The position numbers were made by a program, and so were the translations under genes. The notes below the pieces were generated by a model. That model saw nothing but the letters and a program-made list of their open reading frames with translations. It ran no database searches and had not been told where the DNA came from. From assembly GCA_964652605.1 (NCBI GenBank), contig CAZZBH010000001.1, forward strand, positions 12,670-76,669: a stretch of 64,000 nt of DNA, given 5' to 3'. The stretch is from an uncultured Planctomycetaceae bacterium. Lineage in GTDB: Bacteria; Planctomycetota; UBA8742; UBA2392. Each line of letters begins with the position of its first letter. Position 1 is the stretch's first letter. Positions 1 to 8,940 of the stretch are shown here, one piece after another.

Positions 1-198
1 TGTGCGGCTTGGCCTGGAATACCAAGGGCAACGTCTGCCGCCGTGCAATCAAGCCGGTCCGACGACGCAACCCACTGCACATCCCCAAGCGGGTCGTGCG
101 GTGGTTTGCATCCAGGCAGACATACGACACGAAGCATCTTGGACCCAAGTGAGCCAATCAATCAAAATCATATAATACATCAAGATGCTTGTCAAACT

Positions 199-1038
199 TC
201 AAACCTCAGGAAAAAGCAGCACGTAGGTCACCCCAAGGCCGGGGCCGGCGGATGCCACCTGGAAACGAACCTGGTAAAGGCCCGCGTCGCGGGCGATGCG
301 GTGCGAGCGCCGGTGAACGCCGTTATGGGTGAAGCGCACAGCCACACCACCGGGTTCAGCGACGACGTGCACACGCAGTACGCGCGGGTGAGGTCGCAAG
401 GCCAGCTCGGCCAGACAATGATCCAGCAGATCCGCGACCAACCGCGGGCCGTGAAAACCGGGCAAACTGCATTCATCAAAAGTTGTTGTGATCTGTACGC
501 CGTCTTCCGCAACGTCTGCCGCGCGGGCGGCCGTGGCGTCGTTGATGGCGCGCATGGCAGGCACCTTCAGGGCCGCGCCTTCAGTTTCCGCAACTGGCAG
601 CTTCCTGATGATTTCGTCGATCGCCGCGACGAGGCTTGAGTCCTGAGTGGTTGTCGCGCGCAGGCTGTTCAAGGCTGCGCGAACCCGTTGGGCGTCATCG
701 GTCTGGATGGGCTCATCGGGCCAGTGGCTTGCGATGCCGAAGCCGTTGCGAAGCCGGAAAGACTCCAGCATCTGCACGCGTCCGCTGGGCGGCACCCAGC
801 GTTGTGGCGAGGCTGGCGCTCTTCTAAGCGCCTCAAGTACGGTTTTGGACAGCAGGTCTGCAGCTGCCTGACCAACCAGTTGGTTTCTGCTGGGCATGAA
901 GTGGCTGGCAAAGGCCTCGTTGACGTACACTACGCGGCCGCGAGATGACACGACGGTCAGCGGCATCGGTGCCGCCATTGCGAGCTCTGCGGCGATGTCG
1001 GCGGTTCTGGTCCTGGTTCTTCTGGTGCGCTTCTTCAT
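199..1038 (-). CDS. PAS-domain sensor-like protein with a degenerate kinase-ATPase-like C-terminal region
   Basis: 279-aa ORF with an Arg/Thr-rich N-terminus followed by a PAS-like segment (SSRGRVVYVNEAFASHFMPSRNQLVGQAAADLL). The call rests on motif resemblance only. Confidence 0.5.
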   Translation of the reverse strand: MKKRTRRTRTRTADIAAELAMAAPMPLTVVSSRGRVVYVNEAFASHFMPSRNQLVGQAAADLLSKTVLEALRRAPASPQRWVPPSGRVQMLESFRLRNGFGIASHWPDEPIQTDDAQRVRAALNSLRATTTQDSSLVAAIDEIIRKLPVAETEGAALKVPAMRAINDATAARAADVAEDGVQITTTFDECSLPGFHGPRLVADLLDHCLAELALRPHPRVLRVHVVAEPGGVAVRFTHNGVHRRSHRIARDAGLYQVRFQVASAGPGLGVTYVLLFPEV

Positions 1039-1074
1039 CGATCTTGCATTTCCGCAAATACGTCAATTACGCAC

Positions 1075-1103
1075 ATCATTGTGCGATTCAATGCTCCTGT
1101 CAA
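1075..1103 (-). promoter_or_regulatory. sigma70-like promoter candidate for the 199..1038 gene
   Basis: Minus strand reads TTGACA (1098-1103), 17 nt, AATGAT (1075-1080), about 37 nt upstream of the start at 1038. It lies inside an unusually AT-rich stretch (about 1040-1135). Confidence 0.3.
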
Positions 1104-1354
1104 GATTGTAGATAATTGATATTTATTGGAACGTTGGTGGACGTTGTCAGACGTTGTTGTACGACTTTCATTTCCCGTAACCGGCAGAGTTCAGGCTGGG
1201 CGTGGCACCGCTGTGACGACCTACGAGTCTGCAAGAACGTCGCGATGCCAGTCCGTGCACAGCTTGCGATGCCGCCCCGCAAGCTGCCCCCTTTACAGCC
1301 TTAGGCGCCGGAATATCATTCCCGGCCCAAACGGGCGGCAGACCCGCCCGTAAG

Positions 1355-1384
1355 GCGGGTGTAGCTCAGGCGGGTGTAGCTCAG
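1355..1384 (+). repeat. 15-nt tandem duplication of the tRNA-Gly 5' end
   Basis: GCGGGTGTAGCTCAG occurs at 1355-1369 and again at 1370-1384. The second copy is the functional tRNA 5' end. Confidence 0.85.
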
Positions 1385-1444
1385 TGGTAGAGCATCACGT
1401 TGCCAACGTGATGGTCGTGGGTTCGAGTCCCATCACCCGCTCCA
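1370..1444 (+). tRNA. tRNA-Gly (anticodon GCC)
   Basis: 75-nt cloverleaf. Acceptor stem GCGGGTG/CACCCGC, D-arm AGCTCAGTGGTAGAGC, anticodon stem TCACG/CGTGA with loop TTGCCAA, T-arm GTGGG-TTCGAGT-CCCAT, and an encoded CCA end. Confidence 0.9.
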
Positions 1445-1507
1445 GCCTTTTTCGCGGTCGCGTTGCCCTTGCCGGCGGCGCGACCGCGTTGCTTTGGCAG
1501 GCCTGCA

Positions 1508-2356
1508 CTACCGGCTGATCAGTTCGCGGATTTCGTCCAGGCGTGCTTCGGGTGTGCGGCCGGTGCGCTCCGCCAGCCCGATTACGCTGCGAATCACCGA
1601 CTTGTATGCCGTCCGCGCCTCGCCTTCCAGAACCGCCAGGTGGCGCTGGATGGTGCCTACGTCGCCGCGCACCACGGGGCCGGTCAATGCCGTTGCCAGG
1701 TCGTGCTCCTGCACATTTTTCAGCGTTCCCATCACCAGAGGCAGCAGCATCTTGCCGGCGTCATCCTCGGCGATGCCCGCGTCCTTCAGGATCGAGCGGC
1801 CCGTGTCCAGCAGACCCAGCAGCGCGTTGCTGGCGAGCACCGCAGCGGCGTGGTAGGGCACCCACTGCTGATCCGCAAGTTCAACCGGGTGCAGTTCAAG
1901 CCGCGACGCCAGTTTACGCAACGCCGGCAGCAGACCCGGGGTTCCGGTGATCGCAGCGTAGCTGCCGGCGATGTGGCGCCGTCCGGACGCAGGCGGCAAT
2001 GACTGCAGGATGTGGAACACGCCGGTCTGCGCGCCGGCGTCGGCCAGCGGCTTTAGTGCCGCGGGGCCGCTGGCGCCGCTGGTGTGCACGAACATGCGCT
2101 GCTCGCCACCCGGAAGCCCGGCAAACCTTGCCGCAACTTCAGCGATCGCATCATCGCGCACGGACAGGATTACCAGACCGCCAACCGGCACCTGCGACAG
2201 GAAGTCGGCCGGACCTTTGTGCAAATTCAGAGTGCTGCCCCGGCTGGGACTGCCGCGACCGCCAATGCAGACGGGGATGCGCAGCCGCTGAAGCTCATCG
2301 GCCAGCGTGCGGCCCATCCGCCCCATACCGAAGATGCCGACAAAATCGAGGCTCAC
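1508..2356 (-). CDS. Rossmann-like NAD(P)-binding protein of the DUF2520 type
   Basis: Dinucleotide-binding IFGMGRMG lies near the N-terminus. PYHAAAVLASN and TGPVVRGD motifs are typical of Rossmann plus DUF2520 proteins. The start is placed at GTG 2356 because the longer ORF runs into the upstream HTH gene. Confidence 0.6.
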   Translation of the reverse strand: MSLDFVGIFGMGRMGRTLADELQRLRIPVCIGGRGSPSRGSTLNLHKGPADFLSQVPVGGLVILSVRDDAIAEVAARFAGLPGGEQRMFVHTSGASGPAALKPLADAGAQTGVFHILQSLPPASGRRHIAGSYAAITGTPGLLPALRKLASRLELHPVELADQQWVPYHAAAVLASNALLGLLDTGRSILKDAGIAEDDAGKMLLPLVMGTLKNVQEHDLATALTGPVVRGDVGTIQRHLAVLEGEARTAYKSVIRSVIGLAERTGRTPEARLDEIRELISR

Positions 2357-2382
2357 GCCGTGATTGTAGCTTGCACGCCGGA

Positions 2383-2625
2383 TCAGCGCATGCCGGCGAG
2401 CTTGCCGATATGCGCGTGCACGTCGTAGCTCAGAACTTCGTTGCCGAATGCGTTCTTCCACTGTCGTACGCGCTCGCGCGATACGCCGTATTCCTGCGCA
2501 ATCTTCTGGCCGGACTCACCGGCTTGCAGCATCTTGAGGAAGCGCTTGAAGCGGCCCTTGCCATACTGACGGATGAAGTTGCGGGCCACGGTGACGGACT
2601 CAGCTGACGGTTGCGCGGCGGACAC
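2383..2625 (-). CDS. small helix-turn-helix protein
   Basis: 80-aa ORF. The segment QKIAQEYGVSRERVRQWKNAF resembles an HTH. It lies 27 nt upstream of the DUF2520 gene on the same strand. Confidence 0.45.
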   Translation of the reverse strand: MSAAQPSAESVTVARNFIRQYGKGRFKRFLKMLQAGESGQKIAQEYGVSRERVRQWKNAFGNEVLSYDVHAHIGKLAGMR

Positions 2626-2771
2626 GTGGCCTCTCCCGGGTCATTGGTGGTGCATCAGCATCCCGCGCATCTCTTGCCGTGTCAAGGGCGGTATCCTGCC
2701 CGATGTCCGTTGAAACTCTTTGCGTTTTCGCATACTCTTGTCGCGGCCGGTTGCGAGCAGGGGGCAACAAC

Positions 2772-4031
2772 ATGGCAGGACAGGCGGTTTCTGTCGGGCT
2801 GGGTGCGGATCGTGCAACCCGCGCCGAATCTGCATCGGGATGGATTTTCAGCCCGGGATGGGACAAACGCTGGATCATCTTCCCGGCTTTGCTGGCGCCG
2901 GTGCCGCCGCTCGTTTATTACCTTTCGATCTACCTGCTTGGCCGCTTCACGGCGCTGGATGCCGCCACACGCGTCGGCGCTGCCGAAGACATTGTCAGCC
3001 TGTTTGTCATGGTGCTGGTGGGCGGCCCGCACGTCTGGGTTACTTTCACGCGCACCTGGCTTCACCCGGAGTTTCGGCAGCGCGAGCGAATCTGGTTCTA
3101 TGCCAGTTTTGCGGTCGTGCCGACCGTGGCGGTGATGGCACTTTCCAGCGAGTTCACGCGCAAGCTGCTGCTGACCGGGTTTTTCTTCATCGCCAGCCTG
3201 CACATCATTCACCAGCTTTCGTACGTCATCCGTTTCTACCAAGACCGCGATGCGGCAAAGCCCAGCCTGAAGTCGCGGCTGATTGACATCGGCGCGGTCG
3301 TCTTTCCGCTTTATCCGCTAAGCACCTTCCGCATGGTGATGGTGAATGAAGGCAGCATGGCGTTTGCGTGGGCGACGCAGATATTCGGCATTGACCAGGC
3401 ACGCGCGCTGAAATTCAACATCGGCCGCGCGCACCCGATTCTGCCGGAGTTCATCCTGTCGGACTGGTTCTGGATGCTGAACCTGGCGGGCTTCATTGTC
3501 TGCATGAGCTTGTGGGCCGCAAAGTCATTCCGTGAACACGCCGATGGCATTCTGCACAAGCCCAAGTTCATGCTGATCTGCTGCGCGATCGGCGTGGGGT
3601 TGTTCTGCCCGCTGCTGCCCAACCTGGATTCCGCCTTCCAGGGCTTCAACCTCTGGCACAGCCTGCAGTACATCGCGTTGACCTGGTTCATCATGCGCAC
3701 GCAGGTCAAGGGCGGCAATCGGTTGAACCCGTTCGTCCGCTGGCTTAGCGCCGACGACAACAGCGGGCGGCGCTACTACGGCGTTGCGTTTGCCATCGTG
3801 CTTGGGTTGATCGCAGTCATCCTTGGCGTGGCGCTGATCATCAGCAACGTACAGGGTGTGGGCATGCTGGGCGGCGCGGGCGAAGTCGGCTCACTGGGCT
3901 ATCGGCCCGGTGCAATTCTGCAGGCTTACTACCTGTTCGGGTTCGGTTTGCTGCTGACGCACTACTTCCATGATGCGTTCTTCTTCAACATGCACACGTT
4001 CAGCAAGTCTTCCATCAATACCCGGCTGTAA
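2772..4031 (+). CDS. polytopic membrane protein of unknown function with His-rich motifs
   Basis: About 10 hydrophobic segments. Motifs are GGPHVWVTFTRTW, LHIIHQLSY, NLWHSLQY and THYFHDAFFF. The ATG at 2772 was chosen; the ORF is open from 2679. Confidence 0.55.
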   Translation: MAGQAVSVGLGADRATRAESASGWIFSPGWDKRWIIFPALLAPVPPLVYYLSIYLLGRFTALDAATRVGAAEDIVSLFVMVLVGGPHVWVTFTRTWLHPEFRQRERIWFYASFAVVPTVAVMALSSEFTRKLLLTGFFFIASLHIIHQLSYVIRFYQDRDAAKPSLKSRLIDIGAVVFPLYPLSTFRMVMVNEGSMAFAWATQIFGIDQARALKFNIGRAHPILPEFILSDWFWMLNLAGFIVCMSLWAAKSFREHADGILHKPKFMLICCAIGVGLFCPLLPNLDSAFQGFNLWHSLQYIALTWFIMRTQVKGGNRLNPFVRWLSADDNSGRRYYGVAFAIVLGLIAVILGVALIISNVQGVGMLGGAGEVGSLGYRPGAILQAYYLFGFGLLLTHYFHDAFFFNMHTFSKSSINTRL

Positions 4032-4034
4032 GCT

Positions 4035-5471
4035 TCAGTTATCGCGCGGCTGCGTGTCTTCCGGCGCCGGCAGCACGGCGGCAAGCCGGCCCGCGAACTC
4101 GATCAGGGCGTCGGCCGTTGCTTCGCGCTGGGCAGTCAAAGCCAGGCTGATCTCGCTGGTTTCTGCACCGCCCACTTTGTGCAGGCCCGGTGAATAGGTG
4201 TAAAGCACGTTGCCGCTGTCCATGTCCACCAGGTCGATGCGCCCGGAAGTGTGCGCGATCGGAACGTCCCCGGACTTGCTGACGTTCAGCACCAGGGTTC
4301 CGGTCAGTTTCAAAACATAGGGTTGTGCGCCCGACGGCGCGCCACGCGTCACTTTCAGCCCGCGCAGGGCGGCCCATGACGTCAGCTCTTTGATGAAGTG
4401 CGTAGGCGATTCCGCGGCCGCACCGGTGCCTGTTTCGGTCACGTCGAGGATGACTTCTCCCTGGTCGCGCGACGGCAGCATGATGGTCCAGTGCCACATC
4501 GGCATCAGGATGCCCGTGCGGCGTCCCAGCGCTGTGTCGATATCCAGCATGGCAAACACCTGGCCGGAGTTTTCGCCGTTCGGCGCGACCTGCAGCACGC
4601 GGCAGGCCGCATTGCCCTCGACGCTGAAGACCTCGTCGCCGCGCAGCGCGCCGCGCAGGTTGGGCGCAAGCTGCCATGCCACCGGCACGCCGCGCGGAGA
4701 CTCGCCGCGATAGCGCGCGAAAAGCCCCAGTTCTTCGTGCACACCGCCCCGGATCAGCGCCCGCGAGCCTGAACCCGACTGCGAGACGCGCATCAGGTTG
4801 GGTAATTCCCACAACCGCTGGGCCGTGTCTTCGGCGGCCCCAAAGGCGATGCGGTCGATGCTGCCGTCCACGATCAGTTGCAACGCCACGACCCGCGCGG
4901 CTTTGAGGAAGAAGGCACCGGTAAGCTCAATGCGCGATTGCAGGGTGCCGGCTGAAGGCGGCGAGGGCGTTTCGTTAAGTTCACGTCGTGCCTGCGGCAG
5001 CAGGCCTGTGGCCCAAAGGCGCAAGTCATCGCGGCGGATCGCGCAAAGTGCAACGTTGTCGAAGCCCGTGGTGGCGTACTCGCGGCGGACACTGTCGCCC
5101 AACTCCTCGAGACGAATCCAGGCTGCGGGCGCGCGCACGATCTGCATCAGCTGGGTCCCGCGCAGCAGATCGGCGTATTCTTTGAGCGGCCAGGCGGTTA
5201 TCTCGGTTTCCAGCTTGGACTGTGCCAGCGCGACAGCCTCCGAGCGTGAGCGGGCCATGCCATAGGCTGTAATAAACCGCTCCGGGGGGTAATCCGGGTG
5301 CACGCCTGTCAGGGCCCATTCCGGCAGTCTGACGTGGCGCATAGGCACGCCGCCACGGGGTTCAGGCGTTGACGGGCATGCTGACACCGCAAGCGCCAGC
5401 CCCGCCAGCAGGAGAAGTGAAAGTCGATTCACGGTTGATTTCAGGGGACAACACGGGGACGCCATCGTCAT
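4035..5471 (-). CDS. hypothetical lipoprotein
   Basis: 478-aa ORF. The N-terminal signal LSLLLLAGLALAVSAC contains a lipobox. No catalytic motif was recognised. Confidence 0.55.
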   Translation of the reverse strand: MTMASPCCPLKSTVNRLSLLLLAGLALAVSACPSTPEPRGGVPMRHVRLPEWALTGVHPDYPPERFITAYGMARSRSEAVALAQSKLETEITAWPLKEYADLLRGTQLMQIVRAPAAWIRLEELGDSVRREYATTGFDNVALCAIRRDDLRLWATGLLPQARRELNETPSPPSAGTLQSRIELTGAFFLKAARVVALQLIVDGSIDRIAFGAAEDTAQRLWELPNLMRVSQSGSGSRALIRGGVHEELGLFARYRGESPRGVPVAWQLAPNLRGALRGDEVFSVEGNAACRVLQVAPNGENSGQVFAMLDIDTALGRRTGILMPMWHWTIMLPSRDQGEVILDVTETGTGAAAESPTHFIKELTSWAALRGLKVTRGAPSGAQPYVLKLTGTLVLNVSKSGDVPIAHTSGRIDLVDMDSGNVLYTYSPGLHKVGGAETSEISLALTAQREATADALIEFAGRLAAVLPAPEDTQPRDN

Positions 5472-5527
5472 AATGTCCACAATCGTAAAGTAAGCAACCG
5501 AGAACTCACTGCCTGCAGGAGCATGCC

Positions 5528-7207
5528 ATGCAGATGAAGCGTTGGATTGTCGCGCTGGCCGCCGTCATCGTCGTCGTGACAATCGCCGTCGCCGAAGCCG
5601 ACCCACCGGTCGCGCCCAACATGGACAGCATAAGCCTTGACGACCTCAAGCGCGACGTGTTCTTTCTCGCCGACGACGACATGCGCGGCCGCGAGACCTG
5701 CCACCCCGAAATCGACATCGCTGCGGGCTACATCCGCAAGCGCATGCAGCGCGCCGGGGTGCAGCCCGCAGGCGAGGCCAACGGCTACTACCAGACCGTG
5801 AAGTTCGTGCACCGCGAATGGGTCGAGAGGCCCGAGCTTTCCATCACGCGTGGCGAAACGCGCACCAGCCTCGCCTATAAAAAGGACTTCGTCGCCACCA
5901 GCGGCCCAAGCACCGACGCCGAGATCAGCAACGCAGGGGTCGTCTTTGCCGGCTACGCAATCAAGGACGAAGAGCAATCTTACGACGACGTGGCGGGTCT
6001 TGACCTCAAGGGCAAGGTTGCGCTGATCCTGCGCTTTGCGCCATCGACCTGGAATCGCGACGGCCGCGGCCGTCGCTTTCGGCGCAGCAGCTTTCTGCAG
6101 TCGAAAGAGCGCCTGTTGCGTGAGGCAGGCGCAGTCGGGATTCTGATGGTCACCGGCCCCGATTCGCAGGACGGCAACGACAACCAGCGCGATCTGCCGT
6201 CGCCGGAGGCCGCGGAGAAGTCGCCGCCGTTGCGGCTTGCCGGGCCAACGCGCGAGGCTGGTGACGTGCCTTTCCTGCACATCACGCTGGGCGCCGCGGA
6301 TTCACTGCTGGGCGGCAGCGGCCGGCTGCTGGCGGCGCAGCGCGCCTTCGACAAGGGTGATTTCAGCCAGCGGCCTGACCTTGCGAGCGTGAGCGTGACC
6401 ATCAAGACGCGCTCGCGCGAGGTGCACCGCGAGTGCCGGAATGTTGTTGGCAAGATTGAGGGCGAGCTGGATGAGTGGATCGTCTTCGGCGCGCACCATG
6501 ACCATCTGGGCGTCGGGTACTTCGGCTCGCGCGACCGGCCACCAAAGTACGGCGAGGTCTATAACGGCGCAGATGACAACGCCACCGGCGTCGCATGCGT
6601 GCTTGAGATTGCCGAGGCGCTCGCACAAAGCGGCGTCAAGCCGCGGCGCGGCTTTTTGTTCATTACGTTCACCGGCGAGGAAAAGGGCCTGCTTGGCGCG
6701 CGCTGGTATGTGCGCAACCCGATCGTGCCGAACGAAAAGGTCGTGGCCATGATCAACATCGACATGATCGGCCGCATCGCGGACAAGAAAATGACACTGC
6801 AGGGTGCCGCCTACAGCCCGCTGCTCCAGCGTCTATGCCAGCAGTCCACGGTGCTCTATCCCTCGCTGGAGTGGACGCTGTCTGACCGCCCGCCGATGCC
6901 GGCGTCGGATCACTGGGCATTTTATGGCGAGGCCGGGGTGCCGATCATCTTCCCGTGGGGCGGCAGCAACAACCTGTACCACACGACGCAGGACGACCCG
7001 GAGACGATCAACTACGAAGACATGCTGACGGTCGTGAAGATGCTGTACACGTTCAGCTGGCAGTTGAGCAACGACCCGGGCAAGCCCGGCTACAAGGGCC
7101 CCAGACGCGAAGCCCATCGCGAAGACACGGGCGCGCCGGAGTCACCCAAGGAGCCCGCACCGCGGCCACCGGCGCCGAAAGAAGAAGAGTTCAGCGGCGG
7201 AGAGTAG
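5528..7207 (+). CDS. M28-family aminopeptidase with PA-domain insert
   Basis: Motifs HHDHLG, GADDNATGVACVLE, FTGEEKGLLGARWY and NIDMIGR. An N-terminal signal anchor is present and an AGGAG sits upstream of the ATG. Confidence 0.85.
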   Translation: MQMKRWIVALAAVIVVVTIAVAEADPPVAPNMDSISLDDLKRDVFFLADDDMRGRETCHPEIDIAAGYIRKRMQRAGVQPAGEANGYYQTVKFVHREWVERPELSITRGETRTSLAYKKDFVATSGPSTDAEISNAGVVFAGYAIKDEEQSYDDVAGLDLKGKVALILRFAPSTWNRDGRGRRFRRSSFLQSKERLLREAGAVGILMVTGPDSQDGNDNQRDLPSPEAAEKSPPLRLAGPTREAGDVPFLHITLGAADSLLGGSGRLLAAQRAFDKGDFSQRPDLASVSVTIKTRSREVHRECRNVVGKIEGELDEWIVFGAHHDHLGVGYFGSRDRPPKYGEVYNGADDNATGVACVLEIAEALAQSGVKPRRGFLFITFTGEEKGLLGARWYVRNPIVPNEKVVAMINIDMIGRIADKKMTLQGAAYSPLLQRLCQQSTVLYPSLEWTLSDRPPMPASDHWAFYGEAGVPIIFPWGGSNNLYHTTQDDPETINYEDMLTVVKMLYTFSWQLSNDPGKPGYKGPRREAHREDTGAPESPKEPAPRPPAPKEEEFSGGE

Positions 7208-7257
7208 TTGCGGAGTGAAGTGCAGGTTGCCGCGACTCGAGGCCAGGTGCTCCGCGG

Positions 7258-7794
7258 CTACCCCCGGATGCCGCTGTCGCGCGGTGTCGGCCGGTAATCG
7301 CGGCTTTTACCGCGCGCGATGCTGAGGGTGCTCCATGACTTGCCGACCTGCTGCCGGGCCAGCGTGACCATCTGGCCGACGTGGTAGCCATAGTGCCCGA
7401 CCTGGCGCACGAGCGCGTCCAGCACCGCCATCTTCTCGCCGCGAATCGTCACGTCGCGCATGACGTCGCCCGGCTTGAGCGCCTCGAGCGTGTCGAGGGT
7501 CAGCTTCCAGCCGTCTTCCCAAAGCTGCCGGACGCGGTCGGGTGAATCGGTTGCCGGTTCGAACTCGGCGTCGCGCTTGCGCCAGGGCTTCTCGCCGTCG
7601 CTTGCCAGGAAGTCAGTCCAGCGGGACAGCATGTTGCCGTGCATGTGCTGCACGATGATGGCGATGCTGTTGGCTTCGTCGTCAGTGCGATGGAACAGAT
7701 GCGACGCGCTGACCTGTGCCAGCACGCCGTCGCCCAACGACTTGATCTGCCTCATGCGCGCGATGGTTGCGCGAAGGAACGCGTGTTCACTCAC
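7258..7794 (-). CDS. DinB-like (DUF1572-type) protein
   Basis: Four-helix DinB-like pattern with conserved His residues (IIVQHMHGN ... GHYGYHVGQ). The GTG start at 7794 overlaps the stop of the upstream gene as GTGA. Confidence 0.65.
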   Translation of the reverse strand: MSEHAFLRATIARMRQIKSLGDGVLAQVSASHLFHRTDDEANSIAIIVQHMHGNMLSRWTDFLASDGEKPWRKRDAEFEPATDSPDRVRQLWEDGWKLTLDTLEALKPGDVMRDVTIRGEKMAVLDALVRQVGHYGYHVGQMVTLARQQVGKSWSTLSIARGKSRDYRPTPRDSGIRG

Positions 7795-8333
7795 GCCGCC
7801 CTCCGCCTGCGTCGCGCCCACAGCACGCCCGCCGCGAGCAGCAACGGCAACGCGCTGGTGCCGGTGGCGGTGGCAATGCACCCGTGTTCGCGGTCTTCCG
7901 GGCGGTGATAGTCGAAGTAGTAGCGATCGAAGCTGATCACGCCATCGGCGTCGGCCTCGGCGTCCAGTTGCAGAGTCACGTCGATGTGGCCGCTGCGAGG
8001 TGCGTACTTGTGCGTCACGTCGATGAAAAACGTGTCGTCGCGCGACGCGCGAGCGGTGTAGTGGAAATCCAGGACATGGTCGGCACCGTTGTCGCGCCGG
8101 TTGGTCAGGATGCGCCGGCGCGAGTCGAGCACCCGCACACGCGGCGCGTTGTCCAAGCCGCGCGCGATGATGTTGATGCGGATTTCAGCGGCTTCGCCGT
8201 ACTCAAGGTCAACACGATAGCGGACGGTTTCGTAGTCGCGCAGGAACTGGCCGTCGCTGTACTCAAGGAATACGGCAGCATTGGCTGAGGCGGCCCCGAC
8301 GACCGCGAGCAGGATCAACAGGAAACGTCCCAT
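7791..8333 (-). CDS. secreted protein with a Cys-containing C-terminal sorting signal
   Basis: Signal peptide MGRFLLILLAVVGAASANA. The C-terminus is HGCIATATGTSALPLLLAAGVLWARRRRRAA, i.e. Cys, Gly/Thr linker, hydrophobic helix and Arg cluster. Confidence 0.65.
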   Translation of the reverse strand: MGRFLLILLAVVGAASANAAVFLEYSDGQFLRDYETVRYRVDLEYGEAAEIRINIIARGLDNAPRVRVLDSRRRILTNRRDNGADHVLDFHYTARASRDDTFFIDVTHKYAPRSGHIDVTLQLDAEADADGVISFDRYYFDYHRPEDREHGCIATATGTSALPLLLAAGVLWARRRRRAA

Positions 8334-8393
8334 GGCACACTCCGTTGCGAAATGAGCGACCCCTGCGTGCGCGATTGTAGTGCAACGCAGTGG

Positions 8394-8552
8394 GAAGTTG
8401 AAGTTGGAAGCACTGCATTTGGTCCACGAAGGACACGAAGTTCACGAAGTTCACGAAGTACGGCAACTGCAGTTGCAGTTAACTTGGTGCTGCTTCGTTT
8501 CCTTCGTGGATAACCGCAGTTGCAGTTGCCTGTAACTTCCAACTTCAACTGA
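8394..8552. repeat. compound intergenic hairpin built from tandem short words
   Basis: A perfect 15-bp inverted repeat lies at 8396-8410 / 8536-8550. An inner inverted pair CCACGAAGGACACGAAG (8424-8440) / CTTCGTTTCCTTCGTGG (8493-8509) has one mismatch. CACGAAG occurs four times at 9-nt period (8425-8458), and GCAGTTGCAGTT occurs twice. Confidence 0.85.
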
Positions 8553-8888
8553 CTACTTTTTCGCGGGCTTCAGGCCTTCCGCGTGGGCGTAGCTGGCTTC
8601 TACCCAGCGGGAGAGCTGCTTGGCGGTTTTTAGCGCTTCCATGTTTACAAGCACCCACCCGCTTTGCGACTTGCCGTTGTGCGCGAACTGGGTGCAGTGC
8701 TTGAGCTCGAGGTGCTTTTTCAGCGAGTCCTTGTCGCACAGCGCGATCAGCCCGCCTTCGACCGCGCCTATGAACGGCCGGCCATTGAGCACGTAGACGC
8801 GGCCGCCGAACTGGTTCTTCTCGGTCCACCCGGACTTGCGTTCCAGCACGTCCCGGATGCGTTCGAACAACCGCTCGTCATAGGCCAT
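8553..8888 (-). CDS. TfoX N-terminal domain protein
   Basis: 111 aa from the ATG at 8888. The pattern ERIRDVLE...EKNQFGGRVYVLNGRPFIGAV is typical of TfoX_N. Confidence 0.65.
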   Translation of the reverse strand: MAYDERLFERIRDVLERKSGWTEKNQFGGRVYVLNGRPFIGAVEGGLIALCDKDSLKKHLELKHCTQFAHNGKSQSGWVLVNMEALKTAKQLSRWVEASYAHAEGLKPAKK

Positions 8889-8940
8889 TGTCGTCTCCGC
8901 GCGCATTATCCGTGGTTGGGTTCGCCGCACAAGTGGCGCT

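Noticed and set aside
43-639. 198-aa ORF at the left edge of the window
   Set aside because: It overlaps the more plausible PAS-like gene on the opposite strand, and no RBS or motif supports it. The first roughly 198 nt of the window are left unannotated.
7207-7258. GTAGTTGCGGAG ... CTCCGCGGCTAC complementarity between the convergent M28 and DinB genes as a bidirectional terminator
   Set aside because: Only 10 of 12 positions pair, across a roughly 28-nt loop with no U-tract. This is too weak to call.
8420-8460. Regularly spaced CACGAAG repeats as a possible mini-CRISPR array
   Set aside because: The period is only 9 nt, there are no spacers of CRISPR length and no cas genes are present. 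The repeats form one arm of a hairpin.
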